Positions 1 to 9,772 of a stretch of 48,039 nucleotides of DNA are shown here, piece after piece. Position 1 is the stretch's first letter. Every line of letters starts with the position of its first letter. The notes below the pieces were generated by a model, which was given only the letters and a program-made list of their open reading frames with translations, made no database searches and was not told where the DNA came from. The position numbers were made by a program, and so were the translations under genes. The DNA comes from Bacillota bacterium (GTDB lineage Bacteria; Bacillota_I; Bacilli_A; Erysipelotrichales; Erysipelotrichaceae): contig JAQXNC010000048.1 of the NCBI GenBank assembly GCA_029097145.1, forward strand, positions 1-48,039. Reading direction: 5' to 3'.

Positions 1-1
1 A

Positions 2-826
2 TGTAATAAATATATCAAGTTTGATGCTTTTCTAAATTATGCCAAAGCTAATGGTTATGACAAAATGGCTACAGGTCATTATGCTAAGAATGTTATATAC
101 AAAAATGAAGAGCTGATAGGCAAGGCACATGATTTGAATAAGGATCAGTCTTATTTCCTAGCACAGGTTTCTAAAGAAGCTATCGAATTTACACTGTTTC
201 CACTTGGAGAAATAGATAAACCACAAGTCAGAAGAATTGCTCATGAGTTGGAACTTGATATAGCTGACAAAAAAGATTCTACAGGTGTTTGTTTTATTGG
301 TGAGAGAAACTTTAGAGAATTCTTAAAGAATTACATCCCAATGAAAGAAGGTAATATCATTGATATTGAAACCAAAGAAGTAATCGGCAGACATGATGGT
401 GTCTATTATTATACAATTGGCCAAAGAAAAGGTTTTAAAGTCGGTGGAAGTAGAGGACCATATTTTTGTGTTGGTAAAAATGTATACAAGAATGAATTAT
501 ATCTTGCAACCAAAAACGATCATGAATGGCTTTACTCAGACTCATGCCATGTGAAAGATTTTAATTTCATGTTTAGACCAGAAACCGGTGTTTTTAAAGC
601 GACAGCCAAATTTAGATATCGTCAATGTGATAATAATGTTACTGTCAGAATTATTGATGATACAAATATCATGATTGAATTTGACGAACATATTAAAGCT
701 GTTACCAAAGGACAACAGGCTGTTGTATATATGGGTGATGTGATGATTGGTGGAGGCGTTATTGACGAAGTCTACCTCAATGGTAAAGAAAAAGATGAAA
801 TCTTAAAAGAGTATTTAGAATATTAA
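2..826 (+). CDS. mnmA: tRNA 2-thiouridine(34) synthase MnmA, C-terminal part (5' end lies outside the window)
   Basis: The frame is open from nt 2 (CNKYIKFDAFLNYAKANGYDKMATGHYA...), so the ATG at 65 in the ORF track is internal. ATGHYA, DQSYFL and TGVCFIGER motifs are typical of MnmA/TrmU. TAATG overlap with the next gene. Confidence 0.9.
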   Translation, partial: CNKYIKFDAFLNYAKANGYDKMATGHYAKNVIYKNEELIGKAHDLNKDQSYFLAQVSKEAIEFTLFPLGEIDKPQVRRIAHELELDIADKKDSTGVCFIGERNFREFLKNYIPMKEGNIIDIETKEVIGRHDGVYYYTIGQRKGFKVGGSRGPYFCVGKNVYKNELYLATKNDHEWLYSDSCHVKDFNFMFRPETGVFKATAKFRYRQCDNNVTVRIIDDTNIMIEFDEHIKAVTKGQQAVVYMGDVMIGGGVIDEVYLNGKEKDEILKEYLEY

Positions 827-2973
827 TGGAAGAGAATAATATTGATACATTAACAGGCAAATTTACTTATTGTATATATAAGTCTTTTAATTATGGAGTG
901 TTCCGCTTTTATGACAATGACGATGGCAGTATTGTTGTTAGGGGAAGTATTGACAATATTGATATGAATAGCGAATATATTCTCCATGGAAAATATGTTG
1001 ATCATCCAAAATACGGTTTCCAGTTTGAGGTGTATAATATAGAACTTAAACCTCCATCTTCATATGAAGGGATTATAGCCTATCTTTCATCTGACCTTTT
1101 TAAAGGAATAGGTAAGAAAAAAGCTAAGAAGATTGTAGATTGCTTTGGAACTGATACTATTTCAATTATTAAAAACCAGCCAGAATTATTATTTGATGTT
1201 GGTTTAAAAGATAAAGATGTTAATACTATAAAAGAGGTCTTATCTTCAAATCTTGAATATGAAGAGAGTTTCTATTATCTAGTTTCGCTTGGTTTATCTA
1301 TAAAAGATATTAATAAGATAATTAATCTATATAAAGAGAATACAATTGATAATGTCAAGAGTAATCCATATCAGCTTTATTTTGACATATATGGTATTGG
1401 CTATAAGAAATGTGATGATTTAGCTTCGAAGATAGGTTATGATCCATTGTCTGATAATCGTATTATTGCATTCATCTCATATCTGATTTCAGAACTGAGT
1501 TTCAGAACCGGTAATACTTATTTTTCATATGCCGAGCTAAAAGATGCTTATTATTATAATTTGAAGAGTGATGTAGTTGACTTCGATTACGCTCTCAATC
1601 TTGCGATTAATGAAAAGAAAATCATTGAAGATGACGATAGATACTATGCCTCAATACAAAGAATTGCAGAGGAAGAAATATCAAAGTTTATGATTGAAAA
1701 CAATATTTCTGATGAGTATTCTAAAGATGAACTAAGCAATGAAATTAGTACACTTGAAAATAATCAATCCATTAACTACGACAGGAATCAGATAGAAGCT
1801 ATTCATAAATTTTACGGCAATAAGATATCTTTTGTGATAGGAGGTCCTGGAACTGGGAAAACTACTATTGTTAAAGCACTTGTTGAGACTGTTAAAAAAC
1901 TGCATCCCACTTTTGAACTTCATGTCGTAGCACCTACAGGAAGAGCTGCTAAACGCATCAGTGAACTCTGTGATGTATCTTCTTCAACGATTCATTCGTT
2001 ATTAAGATGGGATAAAGAAACCAATACCTTTACTTATTCGATAGATAATCCATTACTATTAGATGTATTGATTATTGATGAGTTCTCGATGGTTGATAAC
2101 TGGTTGTTTTATAAATTAATATCAGCTTTATATAATGTACGTAAAATATGTATTATTGGTGATGACAATCAGCTTCCTAGTGTTGGGCCTGGAAATCTTT
2201 TAAAAGATATGCTTGAAAGCAATCTTTTTCCATATACCAGACTGAACACAATCTTTAGACAAGGTTCACAGAGCAGTATCATTAGGTTATGCAACGATAT
2301 ATTAAAAGACAGTATTGATTTTAAAAATTATGGTGATGATATTCTATTTATTGAGGGTGATGAAGCTGTTTTAAAAGACAGACTTGTTTATTATATGCAT
2401 CAGTTTCTTGATGATGGATTCGATATTAATGATCTACAGGTCCTGTCACCGATGTATAAAGGTGGCCTTGGGATTGACAGTCTCAATTCGATGTTGCAGG
2501 AAGTATTTAATCCAAAAGATGAACTAAAGAATGAAATCAGAACTAAATTCAGAATCTTTAGAGAAAATGATAAAATACTCCAGCTGAAGAATCAGAACAG
2601 TGATGATGTATATAATGGAGATATAGGTTTTATATCAGCCATAAATCCTGATAAATTTGATATAACAGCAGTATTTGATGATATTATTGTTGACTACACA
2701 AAAGATGATATTGATAAGATAGCTTTAGCTTATACAGTTTCTGTTCATAAGGCACAGGGCAGTGAATACAATGTTGTCTTTCTAGCGATATCTAAAGCAC
2801 ATACGATAATGTTAAACAAGAATCTAATATATACTGCTGTCTCTAGAGCTTCGAATAAGCTGATTATTTTAGGTGATAAAGAAACGTTTATTAAAGGCGC
2901 CAGAAAAAACATGAGAATCAGGAAGACATCCTTAAAGGATTCATTATTGAATTATTATCAGAATAATCAGTAA
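826..2973 (+). CDS. recD2: RecD2-type ATP-dependent DNA helicase (SF1B)
   Basis: Walker A GGPGTGKTT, Walker B-like LIIDEFSMV, C-terminal VSVHKAQGSEY motif. The position between mnmA and alaS matches B. subtilis yrrC/recD2. Confidence 0.85.
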   Translation: MEENNIDTLTGKFTYCIYKSFNYGVFRFYDNDDGSIVVRGSIDNIDMNSEYILHGKYVDHPKYGFQFEVYNIELKPPSSYEGIIAYLSSDLFKGIGKKKAKKIVDCFGTDTISIIKNQPELLFDVGLKDKDVNTIKEVLSSNLEYEESFYYLVSLGLSIKDINKIINLYKENTIDNVKSNPYQLYFDIYGIGYKKCDDLASKIGYDPLSDNRIIAFISYLISELSFRTGNTYFSYAELKDAYYYNLKSDVVDFDYALNLAINEKKIIEDDDRYYASIQRIAEEEISKFMIENNISDEYSKDELSNEISTLENNQSINYDRNQIEAIHKFYGNKISFVIGGPGTGKTTIVKALVETVKKLHPTFELHVVAPTGRAAKRISELCDVSSSTIHSLLRWDKETNTFTYSIDNPLLLDVLIIDEFSMVDNWLFYKLISALYNVRKICIIGDDNQLPSVGPGNLLKDMLESNLFPYTRLNTIFRQGSQSSIIRLCNDILKDSIDFKNYGDDILFIEGDEAVLKDRLVYYMHQFLDDGFDINDLQVLSPMYKGGLGIDSLNSMLQEVFNPKDELKNEIRTKFRIFRENDKILQLKNQNSDDVYNGDIGFISAINPDKFDITAVFDDIIVDYTKDDIDKIALAYTVSVHKAQGSEYNVVFLAISKAHTIMLNKNLIYTAVSRASNKLIILGDKETFIKGARKNMRIRKTSLKDSLLNYYQNNQ

Positions 2974-3013
2974 ATAATTAGTAATTCAGTATTTAATATA
3001 CACAAATTAATTA

Positions 3014-3040
3014 TTGATTTCATATGAATTATGATATAAT
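3014..3040 (+). promoter_or_regulatory. Putative sigma-A promoter for the alaS leader
   Basis: TTGATT (3014-3019), 15-nt spacer, extended -10 TGaTATAAT (3032-3040). The spacer is short, but the extended -10 compensates. Confidence 0.45.
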
Positions 3041-3046
3041 ATCCAA

Positions 3047-3236
3047 GAAGCGTAAAAAAGATGAGTAATTGATATAAATATCAAAGAGAACAGATGGTTG
3101 GTGTGAATCTGTATGGATATATCGATGAAGCTACTTTTTAGCCCGACTAATCATCGGCGTATATTCTGCGTTAAAGAAATGAGTAAAAAGATAAGGTGGT
3201 ACCTCGCGTTTAGCGACCTTTGGGTACTGCCTTTTT
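3047..3236 (+). promoter_or_regulatory. T-box leader (tRNA-Ala responsive) controlling alaS
   Basis: AGAGA box (about 3083) and GGTGTGAA distal-loop motif. GAA-GCT-A specifier context with Ala codon GCT at 3130-3132 followed by a purine. T-box sequence AAGGTGGTACCtCGCG at 3193-3208. Alternative terminator: 3193-3203 pairs with 3223-3233 (two G-U pairs), followed by a T-run to 3236. The 5' boundary is approximate. Confidence 0.8.
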
Positions 3237-3253
3237 AATTTCAGGAGGAAAAA

Positions 3254-5881
3254 ATGAAACAATTAACAGGTAATCAGGTTAGACAGATGTTTTTGGATTT
3301 CTTTGCATCAAAGAATCACATGATTGAACCAGGTGCTTCTTTAGTACCGATTAACGATCCATCTTTATTATGGATTAATTCAGGTGTAGCAGCACTAAAG
3401 AAATATCTTGATGGAAGAGAAAAACAAGCTTCTAACCGAATCGCAAATGCTCAGAAGTGTATCCGTACTAACGATATTGAAAATGTTGGTAAGACATCAC
3501 GCCACCATACATTCTTTGAAATGCTAGGAAACTGGTCGATTGGCGATTATTTCAAAAGAGAGTCATTAAAGATGTCTTGGGAATTTTTGACAAGTCCAGA
3601 ATGGATTGGTTTTGATCCTGATCGTATCTATGTAACAATGTATCCAGATGATAATGAAACTTATGATATTTGGACAAAGGAAATCGGTTTAGATCCATCT
3701 CATATATTAAAGTCATATGATAACTATTGGCAGATTGGCGAGGGACCTTGTGGACCTGACTCTGAAATATATTATGATAGAGGACCTAAATATGATCCAG
3801 AGGGTTTAGGTGAAAAACTATTCTTTGAAGAAATGGAAAATGACCGTTATGTTGAGTTATGGAATAACGTATTCTCACAATATGACGCTAAAGAGGGTGT
3901 TGATCGAAAAGATTTTAAAGAACTTCCACAAAAGAATATTGATACAGGTATGGGTCTTGAAAGACTTGTATGTATGATTCAGGATGGTGAAACCAATTTC
4001 GATACCGACTTATTCCTTCCATATATACATGAAGTTGAAAAGTATACTAGTGTTAAATATGCAGAGAATAAAATGGCTTTCAGAGTAATTGCCGATCATA
4101 TCAGAACATGTGTCTTTGCATTATCTGATGGTGCTACTTTCTCAAATGAAGGAAGAGGATATGTTTTAAGACGTGTACTGAGACGTGCCATGAGATATGC
4201 CAGAAATATTGGTATTAACAAACCATTCCTGTATGAACTGGTGGATGTTGTTTGTGAGAATATGAAAGATTTCTATCCTTATCTATTAGAGAAGAAGGAA
4301 TTTGTAAAGAAACTTATTAAAAAAGAAGAAGAATCATTTATTCAAACTTTAGCTAATGGTGAAAAGATTCTTAATCAGGAACTTGATAATGTGAAAAATG
4401 GTGTATTATCAGGTGAAGTAATATTCAAGTTATATGATACTTATGGTTTCCCTAAAGAAATGACAATTGAATCTGCAGAGGAAAGAGGTATCAAATGTGA
4501 TATTGAAGGCTTTGAAAAATGCATGCTTCGTCAGAAGGAAATGGCTAGAAATGCCAGAGAAGACGAACAGTCAATGAATTCTCAATCGGTTGATTTATTA
4601 AATCTTGATACTGAATTTGATTTTACTGGTTATGGTAAACAAAGCGATAAGGGACAGGTAGTTGCGTTATTTGAAAATGGAAAAAGAGTTGATGTATTGA
4701 ATACTGCTGGTGAAGTTGTTTTTGATCATTCATGTTTCTATGCAACGTCAGGTGGTCAGATTGCAGACACCGGTCTTGTTTATAATGAAAACATTAAAGC
4801 TGTAGTCAAAGATGTCAACAAAGCTCCAAATGGACAGTTTTTGCATCATGTTGTAATTGAAAATGGCGAAATCAGAGTAGGAGATGTTCTATCACAGGAA
4901 ATCAATAAGGATGACAGAAGAGCCATCAAGGCAAATCATTCATCTTTACATCTTTTACAGTCAGCTTTAAGACAGGTTGTTGGTACTCATGTAACACAGG
5001 CTGGTTCTTACGTATGCAAAGATTATGCACGTTTTGACTTCTCACATTATGAAAAGATATCAAGTGAAGACTTAGATAAAGTTGAAAAGCTGGTTAACAG
5101 CTGGATTGGACAGGAACTTCCAATTGTTACTGAAGTAATGGATATTGAAGAAGCTAAGAAGACTGATGCGATAGCTTTATTTGATGAGAAATACGGAGAT
5201 AAAGTTCGAGTTGTCAGAATGGGTGATGTATCAACAGAATTCTGTGGTGGTACACATGCATCAAATACTGCAGAACTTGGTGTCTTTAAGATTGTTTCAG
5301 AAGAATCTGTTGGCTCAGGTATTAGAAGAATTACAGTAAAGACAAAAGAAGAAGCTTATAACGATTTCAGCGAATCATTTAAACATTTAAATCAGATAGC
5401 TGACATGCTTGGTTTAAAGAGTTCACAAGCCATTGATGCCAAGATAAATTCATTATTACAAAACATCAATGAATTGAATGCAGAATTAAAGAAAACTAAG
5501 ACAATGATGCTTAATTATGAAGCAGATGAGATGATTAATCATGCTGAGACTAAAGACGGAATTAAATATCTGTTTGTTAAGCTTGATAACAGTGATGTAA
5601 ATGTTAAGGACTTTGCAGTTACATTAAGAAATAAGCTGGTTGAAGGGGTTGTGCTTTTAGCTAATGTCGGTAATGAAAAAGTTACTTTTGCCTGTGCAGC
5701 ATCCAAAGAGGCAATTTCAAGAGGCATTAAGGCAGGTGTACTTGTTAAGGAAGCTGCTTTGATGTGTGATGGTAAAGGCGGAGGTAAAGATGATTTAGCT
5801 CAGTCTGGAGGTAAGAATCTGCATAACGTTGATGAAATTCTTAACACAATCAAAAATGAACTTCTAAATGCTGGCAATTAA
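3254..5881 (+). CDS. alaS: Alanine--tRNA ligase
   Basis: 875 aa. Class II AlaRS core (FFEMLGNWSIGDYFK, CGPDSEIYYD), editing-domain HSSLHLLQSAL and CGGTH motifs, C-terminal DHHA1-like domain. AGGAGG RBS upstream. Confidence 0.97.
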   Translation: MKQLTGNQVRQMFLDFFASKNHMIEPGASLVPINDPSLLWINSGVAALKKYLDGREKQASNRIANAQKCIRTNDIENVGKTSRHHTFFEMLGNWSIGDYFKRESLKMSWEFLTSPEWIGFDPDRIYVTMYPDDNETYDIWTKEIGLDPSHILKSYDNYWQIGEGPCGPDSEIYYDRGPKYDPEGLGEKLFFEEMENDRYVELWNNVFSQYDAKEGVDRKDFKELPQKNIDTGMGLERLVCMIQDGETNFDTDLFLPYIHEVEKYTSVKYAENKMAFRVIADHIRTCVFALSDGATFSNEGRGYVLRRVLRRAMRYARNIGINKPFLYELVDVVCENMKDFYPYLLEKKEFVKKLIKKEEESFIQTLANGEKILNQELDNVKNGVLSGEVIFKLYDTYGFPKEMTIESAEERGIKCDIEGFEKCMLRQKEMARNAREDEQSMNSQSVDLLNLDTEFDFTGYGKQSDKGQVVALFENGKRVDVLNTAGEVVFDHSCFYATSGGQIADTGLVYNENIKAVVKDVNKAPNGQFLHHVVIENGEIRVGDVLSQEINKDDRRAIKANHSSLHLLQSALRQVVGTHVTQAGSYVCKDYARFDFSHYEKISSEDLDKVEKLVNSWIGQELPIVTEVMDIEEAKKTDAIALFDEKYGDKVRVVRMGDVSTEFCGGTHASNTAELGVFKIVSEESVGSGIRRITVKTKEEAYNDFSESFKHLNQIADMLGLKSSQAIDAKINSLLQNINELNAELKKTKTMMLNYEADEMINHAETKDGIKYLFVKLDNSDVNVKDFAVTLRNKLVEGVVLLANVGNEKVTFACAASKEAISRGIKAGVLVKEAALMCDGKGGGKDDLAQSGGKNLHNVDEILNTIKNELLNAGN

Positions 5882-5926
5882 CTTCTATTTAGTATAAAAT
5901 GAAGCTAAATCAAGGAGGTTTATGCA

Positions 5927-6181
5927 ATGTCTAATAAAATAGATGAAACAATGGCTTTTAATGCTGACCTTTTAAGAAGAGAAAACATTAAACAGTTATT
6001 AAAAGAAGTTAAAATAGCCCTCGAAGAACGTGGATATAATGCGGTTAATCAGATTTCAGGTTATCTGATTTCTAATGATCCTGCTTATATTTCTAGTCAT
6101 AAAAACGCAAGAAGCAACATACAGATGGTTGAAAGATATGAAATTATCGAAGAGCTGGTTCGATATTATTTAGATAATTAA
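5927..6181 (+). CDS. ireB: IreB/UPF0297 family small regulatory protein (B. subtilis YrzL-like)
   Basis: 84 aa with EERGYNAVNQISGYLISNDPAYISSHKNAR, characteristic of UPF0297. Conserved position between alaS and ruvX. Confidence 0.8.
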   Translation: MSNKIDETMAFNADLLRRENIKQLLKEVKIALEERGYNAVNQISGYLISNDPAYISSHKNARSNIQMVERYEIIEELVRYYLDN

Positions 6182-6183
6182 TA

Positions 6184-6606
6184 ATGCGTATATTGGGACT
6201 GGACTTAGGTTCTAGAACGTTGGGTATTGCGATGTCTGATACAAACGAAAGTATTGCTTCAATGAAGGAGACATATCGTTTCGAAGAAGATAATTATGAT
6301 TCTGCGCTTGATCATACACTCGAATATATTGATCAATACAATATTAAAACCGTTGTATTAGGACTTCCAAAACATATGAACGGAGATATCGGGATTAGAG
6401 GCGAGATATCTTTAGAGTTCAAAGAGATACTAGAAAACGAAAGAAAAGATGTGACGGTTGTATTAATTGATGAACGATTAACAACCGTCATTTCTCAGCG
6501 TTCAATGACAATGATGAATACATCAAAAAAGAAAAAGAAAGGAATTGTCGATCAGATTGCAGCCCAGCAAATACTGCAGTCTTATTTAGATTCGAAAAAA
6601 AGATAA
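6184..6606 (+). CDS. ruvX: Putative pre-16S rRNA nuclease / Holliday junction resolvase-like RuvX (YqgF)
   Basis: MRILGLDLGSRTLGIA N-terminus, DERLTT motif, 140 aa, conserved synteny. Confidence 0.9.
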   Translation: MRILGLDLGSRTLGIAMSDTNESIASMKETYRFEEDNYDSALDHTLEYIDQYNIKTVVLGLPKHMNGDIGIRGEISLEFKEILENERKDVTVVLIDERLTTVISQRSMTMMNTSKKKKKGIVDQIAAQQILQSYLDSKKR

Positions 6607-6608
6607 AA

Positions 6609-6851
6609 ATGGATAATTCAATTTATATTACAGATGAAAATGGTCATGAAGTTAAACTGAATGTATATTTTACATTTGACTACGAAGATACAAACTTTGC
6701 TATCTGTTATGAGGATGGCAATGAAGATGAACTGTATCCTTTTAAATATGATGATGATGGACATATCTATGCTGTAGAAGACCCAGAAGAATTAAGTATA
6801 ATCAATGAAGTTTTAGAAGCTTTTGTGGGAGAAGAGGATGAAGAAGATTAG
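6609..6851 (+). CDS. DUF1292 family protein (B. subtilis YrzB-like)
   Basis: 80 aa, acidic, ITDENGHEV...F pattern typical of DUF1292. Sits between ruvX and mltG as in Bacillus. Confidence 0.75.
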   Translation: MDNSIYITDENGHEVKLNVYFTFDYEDTNFAICYEDGNEDELYPFKYDDDGHIYAVEDPEELSIINEVLEAFVGEEDEED

Positions 6852-7896
6852 AAACCTTCTGATAACTCTTGTTATTTTGATTATTCTCATTATTGCTGGC
6901 GGTTCATTTTATATAAATTCTGCTTTAAAAAGCATGGGAGACTATTCAGAAAAAGTTATATTTGAAGTCAGGAATAATGCAAGTATAAGAACAGTTCTTT
7001 CTGATTTAAAAGATAGTGGTTTAATTAGGGATGATAATTTATCTTATTATTATATCAGATTCTTTAAAGACGTTGACTTTAAAGCAGGAACGTATGAATT
7101 AGATAAAACAATGGATTTTAACAGTATAGTTGATTATATTTCTGATTCCAGAAATGCAATAATTGATGCTGTAAAAATTACTTTTACTGAAGGTGAATGG
7201 CTTAAACATTATGCATTAAAAATAGAAGAATACACAAATGTATCATATGATGACATAATGAACTATTGGAACGATATAGAAATTCTGCGTGAACTTATTG
7301 ATAAATATCCTTTCTTAAGTGATGATATTCTTAATAGCGATATCAGATATCCTCTTGAAGGCTATTTATTCCCTAATACATACGAATTTTATCGTGAAAC
7401 GACTCCAGAAGAAATAACTACTAAGTTACTGGACGAAACTTTAAAAATTTATAACAGGCATGAGGATTTGTTTAAAAAATCTGAAATGAGTACACATGAA
7501 ATATTTACACTAGCTAGCATAGTACAATATGAAGCTGCTAAAGCAGAAGACATGCATGATATAGCTGGGGTTTTCTACAATCGTATGGCAATAAGCATGC
7601 CACTGCAAAGTAGTGTAACTATATGCTATGCAATGGATATAGATAAGGATACAGATTGGCGTCAATGTGAATATAATCCTGATTATGATTCACCATATAA
7701 CACATATACGCATTATGGTCTGACACCAGGACCAATTCTAAACCCTGGGGAGAGCGCAATTGTATCGGTACTAGAACCATCTAATCATGATTATTATTAC
7801 TTTATGGCTGATGTTTGTGGTGATGGTAAAGTTTATTATTCTAAAACATATGAAGAACATTTAAATTATGTAAACAGATTCTTAAAGTGTTACTAA
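6838..7896 (+). CDS. mltG: Endolytic murein transglycosylase MltG (YceG family)
   Basis: N-terminal TM helix, then the YceG-like domain (ASIVQYEA, LQSSVT, YNTYTHYGLTPGPILNPG). I prefer the ATG at 6838, preceded by GGGAGAAGAGG, over the TTG at 6823 in the ORF track. Confidence 0.85.
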   Translation: MKKIRNLLITLVILIILIIAGGSFYINSALKSMGDYSEKVIFEVRNNASIRTVLSDLKDSGLIRDDNLSYYYIRFFKDVDFKAGTYELDKTMDFNSIVDYISDSRNAIIDAVKITFTEGEWLKHYALKIEEYTNVSYDDIMNYWNDIEILRELIDKYPFLSDDILNSDIRYPLEGYLFPNTYEFYRETTPEEITTKLLDETLKIYNRHEDLFKKSEMSTHEIFTLASIVQYEAAKAEDMHDIAGVFYNRMAISMPLQSSVTICYAMDIDKDTDWRQCEYNPDYDSPYNTYTHYGLTPGPILNPGESAIVSVLEPSNHDYYYFMADVCGDGKVYYSKTYEEHLNYVNRFLKCY

Positions 7897-7905
7897 GGGG
7901 ACAAT

Positions 7906-8538
7906 ATGAATAAACCAATTATTATTGGAATTGCCGGAGGAAGCGCTTCTGGTAAAACTTCTATTTCAAGAAAATTATTTGAAACATTCGAAAAGACTAA
8001 TTCTGTAGTTATAATCAAGGAAGATGACTATTATAAGAATCAGGATTATTTACCAATGTCAGAAAGAATTAAAACCAATTACGACCATCCTTTTGCATTT
8101 GATCATCAATTACTGATAGAACATTTGAATGTCTTAATTAATGGTGGCACGATTGAAAAACCGACATATGATTATGTTAATCACACCAGAAGTAAGGTTA
8201 CTGAAGTCATCAAATATAGCGATGTAATTATTCTTGAAGGATTATTTGTGCTTGAAAGTAAAGAAATCCGTGATTTGCTAGATATAAAAGTATTTGTTGA
8301 TACACCTAGTGATGTACGTTTTATACGTCGTCTTTTAAGAGATGTTAAAGAAAGAGAAAGAACTCTTGATTCTGTAGTGAACCAATATATGTCAACTGTC
8401 AGAGAAATGCACGAACAATTTATTGAACCTTCTAAAAAATTTGCAGACGTAATTATTCCAGAAGGTGGTAAAAACTATGTTGCGATTGATTTATTAGTAA
8501 CTAAAATTAGTAGTATAATCGCTGAAAACATGATATAA
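7906..8538 (+). CDS. udk: Uridine kinase
   Basis: P-loop GIAGGSASGKTS, NYDHPFAFD, RRLLRDVKERER motifs, 210 aa. Confidence 0.92.
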   Translation: MNKPIIIGIAGGSASGKTSISRKLFETFEKTNSVVIIKEDDYYKNQDYLPMSERIKTNYDHPFAFDHQLLIEHLNVLINGGTIEKPTYDYVNHTRSKVTEVIKYSDVIILEGLFVLESKEIRDLLDIKVFVDTPSDVRFIRRLLRDVKERERTLDSVVNQYMSTVREMHEQFIEPSKKFADVIIPEGGKNYVAIDLLVTKISSIIAENMI

Positions 8539-8566
8539 TTTTTTAGATTATGGAGGATTTATATAA

Positions 8567-9034
8567 ATGGCTGATGAAAAATTTTATGTGACCGAAGAAG
8601 GTTTGCAGGAGTTAAAAAACGAATTTGATCATTTATTACATGTTACAAGAGCAGAAGTAATTGAAGACTTAAAAGCCGCTCGTGCACAAGGTGACCTTTC
8701 AGAAAATGCTGATTATGATGCAGCCAGAGATCGCCAGGCACAGGTTGAAGCAAGAATTAAAGAACTGGAAAAAATGATTTCCAATGCAGAAATCATTAAA
8801 GATAATAAAGCTTCTGCATATGTTCGTGTAGGTTCAAGAGTTGAGATTGAAGAACTTGATACTCATAATATCTGCACTTATACAATCGTAGGTACTATTG
8901 AAGCTGATCCGCTCAATGGTAAATTATCAAATGTAACTCCATTAGCTGAAGCTATTCTTGATAAAAAAGTTGGTTCTATCTGTGAAGTTGATGTAGATAA
9001 ACCATACGAGGTAAAGATTCTTTCAGTTAAATAG
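8567..9034 (+). CDS. greA: Transcription elongation factor GreA
   Basis: 155 aa. AARAQGDLSENADYDAAR coiled-coil tip motif. GGAGG RBS. Confidence 0.95.
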   Translation: MADEKFYVTEEGLQELKNEFDHLLHVTRAEVIEDLKAARAQGDLSENADYDAARDRQAQVEARIKELEKMISNAEIIKDNKASAYVRVGSRVEIEELDTHNICTYTIVGTIEADPLNGKLSNVTPLAEAILDKKVGSICEVDVDKPYEVKILSVK

Positions 9035-9060
9035 TGTGATAATTTAAATTTTCGAGTAAT

Positions 9061-9087
9061 AAAATAGCAGGGAGACCTGCTATTTTT
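9061..9087 (+). terminator. Intrinsic terminator after greA
   Basis: 11-bp stem (9061-9071 pairs with 9076-9086), GAGA tetraloop (9072-9075), T-run 9083-9087. Confidence 0.7.
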
Positions 9088-9729
9088 ATGTATGAAAAAA
9101 AGATTATTCTGATTATTATCCTATTGATACTTTTATTTATTTTAAACAGATATTATATAACCGAAGAAAATCTGTCAAAAAAACTTAAGATAAAATATGA
9201 CATTATTCCGCTGATAGTTTTAAACAGCGATAATTACGAGACTACTGTTGATGAAACAGTACTAAGTAGATATTTATATAATGTTTATTGTTTTGATAAA
9301 TACTACATTAACTCTGAATTAGAATATTCATTCAGTAATGAAGGTTTAAATATAATCAATATAGAAGCTAGAAACGAAGCAGGTACTTCAAATAGAGATG
9401 TTGTAATAAATGTTAAGGCAAAACCTGTTGAATATATAGAAGTAATTAAAGAAATAGAGGTAATAAAAGAAGTAAGTAATTACATAACCGAAAGTAACGG
9501 TTCTTCGTCTCAAAACACTCAAATTGAGATTGCTGGAATTAAAGACATCAGGGTTTTAAAAGACTGTGATATAAATGAGTTATCTTATTTATTATCGAAA
9601 GATATTATAGCTGATGGTAACGTCTCTATTGATTTTACTGATATCAATCTATCAAAATGTGGTGATTATAAAGTTTATTATTATTATAAAGATAATATAT
9701 ACAGTTGTACTGTAACTGTATATGAATGA
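9088..9729 (+). CDS. Hypothetical membrane-anchored protein with two putative Ig-like (DUF5011-like) modules
   Basis: N-terminal hydrophobic anchor (IILIIILLILLFIL). Two beta-rich segments end in G.Y.V.Y...V.V-type patterns (NIEARNEAGTSNRDVVINV; CGDYKVYYYYKDNIYSCTVTVYE). The domain call is tentative and by eye. Confidence 0.5.
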   Translation: MYEKKIILIIILLILLFILNRYYITEENLSKKLKIKYDIIPLIVLNSDNYETTVDETVLSRYLYNVYCFDKYYINSELEYSFSNEGLNIINIEARNEAGTSNRDVVINVKAKPVEYIEVIKEIEVIKEVSNYITESNGSSSQNTQIEIAGIKDIRVLKDCDINELSYLLSKDIIADGNVSIDFTDINLSKCGDYKVYYYYKDNIYSCTVTVYE

Positions 9730-9772
9730 GAATTATCCCTCTTTTAAGTAATAAAGATATAGGAGGGATATC

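Noticed and set aside
826-2973. RecD-like helicase as a possible phage-defence component
   Set aside because: It sits in the conserved mnmA-recD2-alaS housekeeping context with TAATG coupling to mnmA. There is no nuclease, methylase or other defence partner nearby.
6525-6540. A-rich tract (AAAAAAGAAAAAGAAA) in ruvX encoding KKKKK, as a possible slippage or frameshift site
   Set aside because: The reading frame continues normally to a conserved RuvX C-terminus. No alternative-frame ORF of any length follows.
9439-9474. Imperfect 18-nt tandem duplication (GAAGTAATTAAAGAAATA / GAGGTAATAAAAGAAGTA) encoding EVIKEI-EVIKEV
   Set aside because: There are only two copies, in frame inside a linker of the hypothetical protein. 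It is most simply a local duplication, not a repeat array or regulatory element.
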